Source of the DNA: Phyllobates terribilis
Taxonomy: Eukaryota
NCBI RefSeq assembly: GCF_046119375.1
Contig: NW_027362767.1
Coordinates: forward strand, 422,902,001 to 422,966,000
DNA length: 64,000 bases
Direction of reading: 5' to 3'
In this document: one piece after another, positions 1 to 12,900 of the stretch
How the letters are laid out: each line of letters opens with the position of its first letter
How positions within the stretch are numbered: position 1 is the stretch's first letter
Notes under the pieces: model-generated
Told to the model about the DNA's origin: nothing
Seen by the model: the letters and a program-made list of their open reading frames with translations, nothing else
The model's database searches: none
Program-made: the position numbers and the translations under genes

Positions 1-9
1 AGGGAGGTA

Positions 10-1647
<1,638 letters not shown>

Positions 1648-1650
1648 TAC

Positions 1651-1762
1651 GTCCCGGCTCAGCCTTCCCTGGATGGACCAGCCTCAGGGAGGAACGTCCA
1701 GGCTCAGCCTTCCCCGGATGGACCAGCCTCAGGGAGGTATGTCCAGGCTCAGCCCTGCCTGG
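1651..1762. repeat. 45-bp tandem repeat, about 2.5 copies, in the DXO 3' region
   Basis: Unit gtccaggctcagccttccccggatggaccagcctcagggagg at 1651-1695 and 1696-1740, plus a partial copy. Confidence 0.8.
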
Positions 1763-1863
1763 TAATGCGCTCCATATAGTCAGCAGACCTCGGCCAAGGC
1801 AGGTATAAAAGGTCCAGTGTCCTCGTCCCCAGAAGTATGGCTGCTCGTTCTCTGGCCACCGCC

Positions 1864-4800
1864 TCATGACGCCTGTGATATCGCCTCCACATACCAGTCG
1901 GGGACGACCGACTGATCAGAATCTGCTTCGACGGTAAAAGTGACGTCTTCACCCGGCTCCCAGGAGAACACAAAGACGACTCTATGGAGGATCAGGGAGA
2001 ATGATAAATGAGATTACCCGCAGCTGCTCCGAGATATTACTGCGGCACTAGCGGACAAGCCTTGCTCCGCAGCAGGAGGCGAGCGCCACAGACGACATCC
2101 TGTCCGGGGGCTTGTACGGACCTGTCCGGTTTACTAGTATAAGATTATAAGGTTCACACCCGATACCTGTTGACTGTGCACAAGTCCTGGCAAGCACCTG
2201 ACGACAGGACGTCATCACCTCCCAATGTGGATGTGAGTGGTGTCAGAGCAACCCTTTAATTATTCCCTCTGCTGCTGAGGAGCAACTGGACATAAAGCAA
2301 TTGATACAGACTTCAGTATCTGAGACATTAGCTTCCTCCGTCACCCGGAGGCAGCGCTTGATAGGATGCCCGTCAGTTTTACACTTATTGCCGTGTCCTT
2401 TATGGGTTTAAAAAATTCAAAAAACATGGCTGCTTCACCAAAAACAGTAGCACATGTGGGCACAGGATGTGTGAGTCCCACTGACTTCAATAGAGCTGCA
2501 ATACCAGATACAACCCATGAACAGGTGTGGCGCTATAAGAAAGCTTAATCCCAGGCAAACCCCTTTACGAGAGAGACGGCTTCTTACCTGGGGTCATCTG
2601 TGGTCACCACTTTCTTGATATAACTGAGGAAGGCGTTACAGAAGTTCATACACACGGCCGGATCCCAGCTCTGTCTGTCACCCTGCACCAAGGACAAATA
2701 CAAATGTTTCTCTGTACGACGACCTCCAATATGGTGGCGGCAGCAAGTGACTCTGTTACCCGGACTAAGTGAGAGATCTCCGACGTCCTGAACTTCTCCA
2801 GAGACACGATTCTTCCTTGTGGATTCCGAAATCCGGCGACGATGAGGGGGATCCCAAGCAGGAAGGACTGGCACCACCACTTCAGGAGTTTATACCTGGA
2901 GGGGGGAGAGAAGACGTTCATCTTTTATACAGTCCCCTGAGGGGAAGGGTGAGGGGTGTACATAATATCGGCTATGGCTGGCACCGGTGGAAGCTGCGCT
3001 GTTGGTGTGAGGTCCGAATCTGGGCACTCGTCTTCAGCTCTACGTAGCAGGATGGCGGTGAGGGATTTGTGCTGCTCGGGTCTTTGCAGTCCACCTCTCC
3101 GGAAACCAGGAAGGAATGAGATGCCAGGCGGCCCAGCAAGACGCTGCAAAAGCCCTCATTGGTGTTCACAACTTCAGACGGGCATGGAGCGCCATCAGGA
3201 GAATCTGGGTAGAAGATGTTATATAGGGAGCGATTTCTTACAGTCCTTCCATCCCCAGGTCCAATGTTACTAGGGGTTCCCCGAGAGGATATAAAGGAGA
3301 CGGACGCACCTACACACATGTAGCTCTCGAACTTGTACCCAGAGTACATCAGCTTCTCCTGCTCTCGAGTCCTCTCTTTCCTCTTCCTGTAAGCGGCAGC
3401 AGTCTCCCTCTCGCTGATATACAAGGTTCCCTTAAACAGCGTGACGGCCAGGATCCAGCCTTCTTGGCTTTCATACGGGGTGCACAGAATCTTAGTGAGG
3501 TGACCCCGCCAGGTGACAAAGTCTCGGTCCACCGGTCTGGAGGAAGAAAAATGTTATTAGGAAACTTTTGTAACTGGAATGGTGCACGGTAATGAAAATT
3601 TTTGGCTAAAAATGGGACTTTATATGTTGCAAAATAAATGTATTTATGCTACAGCTTTTCCAAAATCATCACCTTGGCAACTTTTTTGATACTTGTAGAC
3701 TGGTCCTGCATGAAGATTTTATTCCTGACACAGGTGAAGTGACCAAATATCATCGGCTAAATCGCAGCGTAATGCAGATGAATGGGGGGGGAGGGGTGTT
3801 GCATTGTGATCTGCAAAGCACTATGACCGTGACAAACAAGTTGCAAAAAAAAAAAAAAAATTCAACCAGTTCCTCTTTGCTTGTGACGTCATGGTTGTGT
3901 GACCAGAGTTGTGACCAAAACCGTAGTGTTGCCCCTCAGTCTTGCAATCCTAAATATGTTGCACTTTACGCCAAAAAGTTAACAAAGAGCCCTCTTCTCA
4001 TCACTTTTGATACATGTGGCCCCTAATATTCCTCTCCCGAGACTCCAATTTGTAGCTTTCGGACTCCATAAATGCAGCTTTAACTTCACACACGTTGCTC
4101 CGCCGCCATGATGAATGTAAACTGGGAAGTTGAAAGCAGCCGCCCTCTAAATATTTGTTTAGGGCGACAATGCCACTTTTTGATCCCCTATGCTCCCATG
4201 TATATACACGCACGCACACCTTTCCCCGTGGCCCCCCATGTATATACACGCACGCACGCCTTTCCCCGAGGCCCCCATGTATATACACGCACACACACCT
4301 TTCCCCGAGGCCCCCCCTGTATATACACGCACACACACCTTTCCCCGAGGCCCCCCCTGTATATGGCCCCTAATATTCCTCTCCCGAGACTCCGATTTGT
4401 AGCTTTCGGACTCCATAAATGCAGCTTTAACTTCACACACGTTGCTCCGCCGCCATGATGAATGTAAACTGGGAAGTTGAAAGCAGCCGCCCTCTAAATA
4501 TTTGTTTAGGGCGACAATGCCACTTTTTGATCCCCTATGCTCCCATGTATATACACGCACGCACACCTTTCCCCGTGGCCCCCCATGTATATACACGCAC
4601 GCACACCTTTCCCCGAGGCCCCCATGTATATACACGCACGCACACCTTTCCCCGTGGCCCCCCATGTATATACACGCACGCACACCTTTCCCCGTGGCCC
4701 CCATGTATATACACGCACGCACACCTTTCCCCGAGGCCCCCGTGTATATACACGCACGCACACCTTTCCACTAGGCCCCCCCTGTATATACACGCACACC

Positions 4801-7800
4801 TTTCCCCGAGGCCTCCGTTTATTACACACACTTTTCTCAGCGGCCCTCGTGTATAAACACACACGCACGCACCTTTCCCCGAGGCCCCCGTGTATATACA
4901 GTACAGACCAAAAGTTTGGACACACCTTCTCATTTAAAGATTTTTCTGTATTTTCATGACTATGAAAATTGTACATTCACACTGAAGGCATCAAAACTAT
5001 GAATTAACACATGTGGAATTATATACTTAACAAAAAAGTGTGAAACAACTGAAAATATGTCTTATATTCTAGGTTCTTCAAAGTAGCCACCTTTTGCTTT
5101 GATGACTGCTTTGCACACTCTTGGCATTCTCTTGATGAGCTTCAAGAGGTAGTCACCGGAAATGGTCTTCCAACAATCTTGAAGGAGTTCCCAGAGATGC
5201 TTAGCACTTGTTGGCCCTTTTGCCTTCACTCTGTGGTCCAGCTCACCCCAAACCAGCTCGATTGGGTTCAGGTCTGGTGACTGTGGAGGCCAGGTCATCT
5301 GGCGTAGCACCCCATCACTCTCCTTCTTGGTCAAATAGCCCTTACACAGCCTGGAGGTGTGTTTGGGGTCATTGTCCTGTTGAAAAATAAATGATAGTCC
5401 AACTAAACGCAAACGGGATGGAATAGCATGCCGCTGCAAGATGCTGTTGTAGCCATGCTGGTTCAGTATGCCTTCAATTTTGAATAAATCCCCAACAGTG
5501 TCACCAGCAAAGCACCCCCATACCATCACACCTCCTCCTCCATGCTTCACGGTGGGAACCAGGCATGTAGAGTCCATCCGTTCACCTTTTCTGTGTCGCA
5601 CAAAGACACGGTGGTTGGAACCAAAGATCTCAAATTGGGACTCATCAGACCAAAGCACAGATTTCCACTGGTCTAATGTCCATTCCTTGTGTTCTTTAGC
5701 CCAAACAACTCTCTTCTGCTTGTTGCCTGTCCTTAGGAGTGGTTTCCTAGCAGCTATTTTACCATGAAGGCCTGCTGCACAAAGTCTCCTCTTAACAGTT
5801 GTTGTAGAGATGAGTCTGCTGCTAGAACTCTGTGTGGCATTGACCTGGTCTCTAATCTGAGCTGCTGTTAACCTGCGATTTCTGAGGCTGGTGACTCGGA
5901 TAAACTTATCCTCAGAAGCAGAGGTGACTCTTGGTCTTCCTTTCCTGGGGCGGTCCTCATGTGAGCCAGTTTCTTTGTAGCGCTTGATGGTTTTTGCAAC
6001 TGCACTTGGGGACACTTTCAAAGTTTTCCCAATTTTTCAGACTGACTGAACTTCATTTCTTAAAGTAATGATGGCCACTCGTTTTTCTTTACTTAGCTGC
6101 TTTTTTCTTGCCATAATACAAATTCTAACAGTCTATTCAGTAGGACTATCAGCTGTGTATTCACCTGACTTCTGCACAACACAACTGATGGTCCTAGCCC
6201 CATTTATAAGGCAAGAAATCCCACTTATTAAACCTGACAGGGCACACCTGTGAAGTGAAAACCATTTCCGGTGACTACCTCTTGAAGCTCATCAAGAGAA
6301 TGCCAAGAGTGTGCAAAGCAGTCATCAAAGCAAAAGGTGGCTACTTTTAAAAACCTAGAATATAAGACATATTTTCAGTTGTTTCACACTTTTTTGGTAA
6401 GTATATAATTCCACATGTGTTAATTCATAGTTTTGATGCCTTCAGTGTGAATGTACAATTTTCATAGTCATGAAAATACAGAAAAATCTTTAAATGAGGT
6501 GTGTCCAAACTTTTGGTCTGTACTGTACGTGCGCACCTTTCCACTAGGCCCCGTGTATATACACGCACACACACACCTTTGCCCGAGGCCCTTATGTATA
6601 TACACAAACCTTTTCAGTAGGCCCCCGTTTATATACACGCACCTTTCCCCGAGGCCCCCGCGTATATACACGCACACCTTTCTCTGAGGCCCCCCATGTA
6701 CATACACGCACACGCACCTTTCCCCGAGGCCCCCGTGTATATACACGTACACAGAAAAAAGAGAGGGGTCGCTCACTGGTCTATTGCAGCAGGTACGTGT
6801 TCACACTATTAGAAGTTTGACAGCCTTTTTTCTGACCATGTGTCCCTCCCATTCAGTCACAGGTGGTTTTAACTAGCTCTACCAGCCCATACATTGTAGG
6901 TTAAAAGCCCAAGCAGAGACATATTGTCCATACAGGCTTACAGCCCAAGAGTGGCATATCCAGTGGTAGCGTAGCGTAGTTTCCCATCATACGAAGGTGA
7001 CCTTGTCGTGGTTGATGGGCACACATAAATTGGCCAAATTATGCGCAAAAAACCTTCATTTTTCAAAGTGACATTAGTCTAGATACGCAAAAAACCTTCA
7101 TTTTTCAAAGTGACATTAGTCTAGATACAATATTTCTTATATTTTCATGTATGGAGTGCCGAAGTTCTTTTTGCAATTGAGATTACTCTTTTCTTCAGAG
7201 CACCCGAATAGACCAGTGAGCGACCCCTCTCTTTTTTCTATTAATCATTTTTGGGATCCCGCTCCTGGAGCATTGCAGCAGGTACGTGTTCACACTATTA
7301 GAAGTTTGACAGCCTTTTTTCTGACCATGTGTCCCTCCCATTCAGTCACAGGTGGTTTTAACTAGCTCTACCAGCCCATACATTGTAGGTTAAAAGCCCA
7401 AGCAGAGACATATTGTCCATACAGGCTTACAGCCCAAGAGTGGCATATCCAGTGGTAGCGTAGCGTAGTTTCCCATCATACGAAGGTGACCTTGTCGTGG
7501 TTGATGGGCACACATAAATTGGCCAAATTATGCGCAAAAAACCTTCATTTTTCAAAGTGACATTAGTCTAGATACAATATTTCTTATATTTTCATGTATG
7601 GAGTGCCGAAGTTCTTTATACACGTACACACACCTTTCCCCGAGGCCCCCGTGTATATACACGCACACGCACCTTTCCCCGAGGCCCCCGTGTATATACA
7701 CGTACACACATCTTTCCCCGAGGCCCCCGTGTATATACACGTACACACATCTTTCTCCGAGGCCCCCCGTGTACATACACGCACACGCACCTTTCCCCGA

Positions 7801-9398
7801 GGCCCCCGTGTACATACACGCACACGCACCTTTCCCCGAGGCCCCCGTGTACATACACGCACACGCACCTTTCCCCGAGGCCCCCGTGTACATACACGCA
7901 CACGCACCTTTCCCCGAGGCCCCCGTGTACATACACGCACACGCACCTTTCCCCGAGGCCCCCGTGTACATACACGCACACGCACCTTTCCCCGAGGCCC
8001 CCGTGTATATACACATCTTTCCCCGAGGCCCCCGTGTACATACACGCACACGCACCTTTCCCCGAGGCCCCCGTGTACATACACGCACACGCACCTTTCC
8101 CCGAGGCCCCCGTGTATATACACGTACACACATCTTTCCCCGAGGCCCCCGTGTATATACACGTACACACACCTTTCCCAGAGGCCCCCGTGTACATACA
8201 CGCACCTTTCCCCGAGGCCCCCCGTGTATATACACGCACACACATCTTTTCCCGAGGCCCCCCGTGTACATACACGCACCTTTCCCCGAGGCCCCCGTGT
8301 ATATACACGCACACGCACCTTTCCCCGAGGCCCCCGTGTATATACACGTACACACATCTTTCCCTGAGGCCCCCGTGTACATACACGCACACGCACCTTT
8401 CCCCGAGGCCCCCCGTGTATATACACGCACACGCACCTTTCCCCGAGGCCCCCGTGTACATACACGCACACGCACCTTTCCCCGAGGCCCCTGTGTATAT
8501 ACACGTACACACACCTTTCCCCGAGGCCCCCGTGTATATACACATACACACACCTTTCCCAGAGGCCCCCATGTATATACACACACACACACACCTTTTT
8601 CCTTCAGGATTTCCATTCCCTCGCAGAAGTTCTCGGTTCTCTTTCACCCATGTTAGGATATGCAGGAGGCCCTCTTTCTCGTCTTCGTTTCGTCGCACGT
8701 AGCGATCCTCAAATCCGTCCATCACGTCCCATCCAGGGGCAGCTGCTCCGCTCTCCATCCCTGCGGGGGGACTCAGAAAACGGAGACGACGAGCATCGCC
8801 ATGGTAACATCGCTTCTCATCCAGAGAGAAGGACCCCAGCTCTGAGGGCAACCTGTAAAAGGGGAAGGAGCCCTGGTAGAAGGAGGGCTGGGTCCTCAAG
8901 GAGGAGCTGTGCGGGTTCTTGGGAGGAGGTAAATGTGAGTTGTCCAGACATCTTTTATGGCTTATCGCTAAAACATAAAATAGACATTAGAGGATAATTC
9001 TGGGCAATAGGGGGGCTGGCATGAGGGTCTTCATGCTACATTTACTGTGGATCATACATTGCAGACCTCCATACCCTCCACCCCACCAGGACATATAGGA
9101 GACTCGTATATGGGCTCTGAGCAGAGCGTTTCTACATTACAGAGGCACCCCCATGCCCAAGTGACTGCCGACAGCACAGACCATGGCAGCTTCAGCTACA
9201 CTGACAGCCCTTAAGTCAACGTGAGCTCCAAGGACGGCGCTGAGACTGAATAACGACCCCTTCATAATAAAGTACAATAGAAATCATGGCTTTATTATAA
9301 CCACAACCCCCAGCAAGCCCACATACATACCAAAAGCTCCCACTGCTACTACTGACACTCTCCTCACCTGCTCTGTCTCTCTGCACACTCTCATCCAT
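1864..9398 (-). CDS. DXO: Decapping and exoribonuclease protein DXO (DOM3Z), 399 aa, 7 coding exons
   Basis: Exons (minus): 9398-9368, 8967-8595, 3536-3310, 3204-2985, 2895-2760, 2682-2588, 1981-1864. All GT-AG with consistent phases; total 1200 nt. Motifs FPFYRLPSELG, VTWRGHLTK, MYSGYKFE, SGEVDC, YVELKTS, KLLKWWCQSFL, VCMNFC and FSWEPG match recalled vertebrate DXO. The short first exon (MDESVQRDRA) is the least certain. Confidence 0.95.
4021..4896. repeat. 36-39-bp minisatellite (gtatatacacgcacgcacacctttccccgaggcccc) with a 347-bp tandem duplication, DXO intron 2
   Basis: Repeated unit is visible directly. The block at about 4021-4367 is repeated 347 bp downstream (identical MMNVNWEVESS ORF starts at 4108 and 4455). 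Confidence 0.9.
4899..6525 (-). mobile_element. Tc1 transposon with about 265-bp TIRs; transposase has a TGA at codon 26, otherwise open
   Basis: TA flanks; ends CAGTACAGACCAAAAGTTTGGACAC. ATG at 6114 (MARKKQLSKEK), TGA at 6039-6037, then an open frame to 5062 with WSDES, FQQDNDPKH and SPDLNPIE. Inserted at a TA of the minisatellite. Confidence 0.96.
6530..6750. repeat. Continuation of the DXO intron 2 minisatellite after the Tc1 insertion
   Basis: Same gtatatacacgc...ctttccccgaggcccc unit. Confidence 0.85.
6783..7612. repeat. Local duplication of about 340-380 bp (6783-7160 and 7271-7612); an inverted 32-bp copy lies at 6755-6786 / 7208-7240
   Basis: gcagcaggtacgtgttcacac...gtgccgaagttctt occurs twice. 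The first copy has an extra internal 46-bp duplication. Confidence 0.8.
7616..8594. repeat. 36-38-bp minisatellite array abutting the DXO exon 2 donor
   Basis: Roughly 26 units of gtgta(c/t)atacacgcacacgcacctttccccgaggccccc. It explains the repetitive ORFs at 7552-8899. Confidence 0.92.
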
Positions 9399-9685
9399 TT
9401 TCCTGCTCTATCACTTTAAGTGGAGTGATGACGTATAATGTAGGCGGCGGACGGTCTGGACCTCTCGGCCCCCGTACATGTCACATCTACAGTGGGAGGG
9501 TCTGTAGTTACACTAGAGGACGATCTGCAGGTTACAGTCCTGTCTCCTGTGCACTCAGGACGCTGACACTCTTCCGTCCATTGGGTAGAACAGGTCCTCG
9601 TCTCCGGGAAGATGGCGGCCGGGTCAGTCCGGCTCTGACTACAGTCTGTGTCTGTAGCGGAGCTCAGGGGACGTGTGGGCTGGAG
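9399..9685. promoter_or_regulatory. Bidirectional CpG-rich promoter region for DXO and STK19
   Basis: DXO ATG at 9398 (minus). CpG-rich, with TGACGT (9429), ETS CTTCCG (about 9571) and YY1-type AAGATGGCGG (9609-9618), followed by a strong plus-strand donor GAG|GTAAGT at 9685/9686. DXO and STK19 are head-to-head in mammals. Confidence 0.65.
9600..9685 (+). other. STK19: Putative non-coding first exon of STK19 carrying an 8-codon uORF (9612-9638, MAAGSVRL*)
   Basis: Donor GTAAGT at 9686; candidate acceptor ctttatctttatctgtacag at 15630, 38 nt before the STK19 ATG. The exon start is approximate. Confidence 0.55.
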
Positions 9686-9914
9686 GTAAGTGAGTGTGTG
9701 ACAGCTGATGTCTGTACCCGGGGGATAGTCACCTACTGCCCGAGAGCCGGACCGGGGAGAGCCGTGTGCACCGACGTATTACCTCCCCTCAAGAGGAACC
9801 TACAGTCATCAGTGCGAGTGTAGGATCTGTATAAGTGTGCCAGGGACCTCTGCCCGGGACGGACTCTGAGGCCCACAGCACCATAGATGCCTCTGCCTTT
9901 GGCAAGCGCAGATG

Positions 9915-12900
9915 CCCCTGTGTCGCCCCCCCCCCCTCCCCTGTGTCGCCCCCCCCCCCTCCCCTGTGTCGCCCCCCCCCCCTCCCCTGTGTCGCCCCCC
10001 CCCCTCCCCTGTGTCGCCCCCCCCCCCTCCCCTGTGTCGCCCCCCCCCCTCCCCTGTGTCGCCCCCCCCCCTCCCCTGTGTCGCCCCCCCCCCTCCCTGT
10101 GTCGCCCCCCCCTCCCCTGTGTCGCCCCCCCTCCCCTGTGTCGCCCCCCCCTCCCCTGTGTCGCCCCCCCCCCCGTGTCGCCCCCCCCCTCCCCTGTGTC
10201 GCCCCCCCCTCCCCTGTGTCGCCCCCCCTCCCCTGTGTCGCCCCCCCCTCCCCTGTGTCGCCCCCCCCCTCCCCTGTGTCGCCCCCCCCTCCCCTGTGTC
10301 GCCCCCCCCTCCCCTGTGTCGCCCCCCCCTCCCCTGTGTCGCCCCCCCCTCCCCTGTGTCGCCCCCCCTCCCCTGTGTCGCCCCCCCCTCCCCTGTGTCG
10401 CCCCCCCCTCCCCTGTGTCGCCCCCCCACCCCTCCCCTGTGTCGCCCCCCCACCCCTCCCCTGTGTCGCTCCCCCCACCCCTCCCCTGTGTCGCTCCCCC
10501 CACCCCTCCCCTGTGTCGCTCCCCCCACCCTCCCCTGTGTCGCTCCCCCCACCCTCCCCTGTGTCGCTCCCCCCCCCTCCCCTGTGTCGCTCCCCCCCCC
10601 TCCCCTGTGTCGCTCCCCCCCCCTCCCCTGTGTCGCTCCCCCCCCTCCCCTGTGTCGCTCCCCCCCCTCCCCTGTGTCGCTCCCCCCCTCCCCTGTGTCG
10701 CTCCCCCCTCCCCTGTGTCGCTCCCCCCTCCCCTGTGTCGCTCCCCCCCTCCCCTGTGTCGCTCCCCCCCCCTCCCCTGTGTCGCTCCCCCCCCTCCCTT
10801 GTGTCGCCCCCCCCTCCCCTGTGTCGTCCCCCCCCTCCCCTGTGTCGCTCCCCCCCCCTCCCCTGTGTCGCTCCCCCCCCTCCCCTGTGTCGCTCCCCCC
10901 CCTCCCCTGTGTCGCTCCCCCCCCCTCCCCTGTGTCGCTCCCCCCCCCTCCCCTGTGTCGCTCCCCCCCCTCCCCTGTGTCGCTCCCCCCCTCCCCTGTG
11001 TCGCTCCCCCCCCTCCCCTGTGTCGCTCCCCCCCTCCCCTGTGTCGCTCCCCCCCCTCCCCTGTGTCGCTCCCCCCCCTCCCCTGTGTCGCTCCCCCCCC
11101 TCCCCTGTGTCGCCCCCCCCCTCCCCTGTGTCGCTCCCCCCTCCCCTGTGTCGCTCCCCCCCCTCCCCTGTGTCGCTCCCCCCCCTCCCCTGTGTCGCTC
11201 CCCCTCCCCTGTGTCGCTCCCCCCCTCCCCTGTGTCGCTCCCCCCCCCCTCCCCTGTGTCGCTCCCCCCCCTCCCCTGTGTCGCTCCCCCCCCTCCCCTG
11301 TGTCGCTCCCCCCCCTCCCCTGTGTCGCTCCCCCCCTCCCCTGTGTCGCTCCCCCCCCTCCCCTGTGTCGCTCCCCCCCTCCCCTGTGTCGCTCCCCCCC
11401 TCCCCTGTGTCGCCCCCCCCTCCCCTGTGTCGCCCCCCCCTCCCCTGTGTCGCCCCCCCCTCCCCTGTGTCGCCCCCCCCTCCCCTGTGTCGCCCCCCCC
11501 CTCCCCTGTGTCGCCCCCCCTCCCCTGTGTCGCCCCCCCCTCCCCTGTGTCGCCCCCCCCTCCCCTGTGTCGCCCCCCCCTCCCCTGTGTCGCCCCCCCC
11601 CTCCCCTGTGTCGCCCCCCCCTCCCCTGTGTCGCCCCCCCCTCCCCTGTGTCGCCCCCCCCCCTCCCCTGTGTCGCCCCCCCCTCCCCTGTGTCGCCCCC
11701 TCCTCCCCTGTGTCGCCCCCCCCTCCCCTGTGTCGCCCCCCCCTCCCCTGTGTCGCCCCCCCCTCCCCTGTGTCGCCCCCCCCTCCCCTGTGTCGCCCCC
11801 CTCCCCTGTGTCGCCCCCCCTCCCCTGTGTCGCCCCCCCCTCCCCTGTGTCGCCCCCCCCTCCCCTGTGTCGCCCCCCCCTCCCCTGTGTCGCCCCCCCC
11901 TCCCCTGTGTCGCCCCCCACCCCTCCCCTGTGTCGCCCCCCCACCCCTCCCCTGTGTCGCTCCCCCCACCCCTCCCCTGTGTCGCTCCCCCCACCCTCCC
12001 CTGTGTCGCTCCCCCCACCCTCCCCTGTGTCGCTCCCCCCACCCTCCCCTGTGTCGCTCCCCCCACCCTCCCCTGTGTCGCTCCCCCCACCCTCCCCTGT
12101 GTCGCTCCCCCCACCCTCCCCTGTGTCGCTCCCCCCACCCTCCCCTGTGTCGCTCCCCCCACCCTCCCCTGTGTCGCTCCCCCCACCCTCCCCTGTGTCG
12201 CTCCCCCACCCTCCCCTGTGTCGCTCCCCCCACCCTCCCCTGTGTCGCTCCCCCCACCCTCCCCTGTGTCGCTCACCCCCCCTCCCCTGTGTCGCTCCCC
12301 CCCCTCCCCTGTGTCGCTCCCCCCCTCCCCTGTGTCGCTCCCCCCCCTCCCCTGTGTCGCTCCCCCCCCTCCCCTGTGTCGCTCCCCCCCCTCCCCTGTG
12401 TCGCTCCCCCCCCTCCCCTGTGTCGCTCCCCCCCCTCCCCTGTGTCGCTCCCCCCCCTCCCCTGTGTCGCTCCCCCCCCTCCCCTGTGTCGCTCCCCCCC
12501 CCTCCCCTGTGTCGCTCCCCCCCCCTCCCCTGTGTCGCTCCCCCCCCTCCCCTGTGTCGCTCCCCCCCCTCCCCTGTGTCGCTCCCCCCCCTCCCCTGTG
12601 TCGCTCCCCCCCCTCCCCTGTGTCGCTCCCCCCCCTCCCCTGTGTCGCTCCCCCCCCTCCCCTGTGTCGCTCCCCCCCCTCCCCTGTGTCGCTCCCCCCC
12701 CCTCCCCTGTGTCGCTCCCCCCCCTCCCCTGTGTCGCCCCCCCCTCCCCTGTGTCGCTCCCCCCCTCCCCTGTGTCGCTCCCCCCCCTCCCCTGTGTCGC
12801 CCCCCCCTCCCCTGTGTCGCCCCCCCCCCTCCCCTGTGTCGCTCCCCCCCCCTCCCCTGTGTCGCTCCCCCCCCCTCCCCTGTGTCGCTCCCCCCCCCTC

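Noticed and set aside
4100-4190. ATGATGA box C-like motif, duplicated at about 4454
   Set aside because: No box D (CTGA) or terminal stem at a suitable distance; it lies within a duplicated repeat block.
5062-6021. 319-aa transposase ORFs (also 40273-41232) as intact autonomous genes
   Set aside because: The track starts them at an alternative TTG codon. The true ATG is upstream and is followed by a stop at codon 26.
7552-8656. 222-427-aa Cys/Tyr/His-rich repeat ORFs
   Set aside because: Minisatellite translation. Only 8595-8967 is real coding sequence (DXO exon 2).
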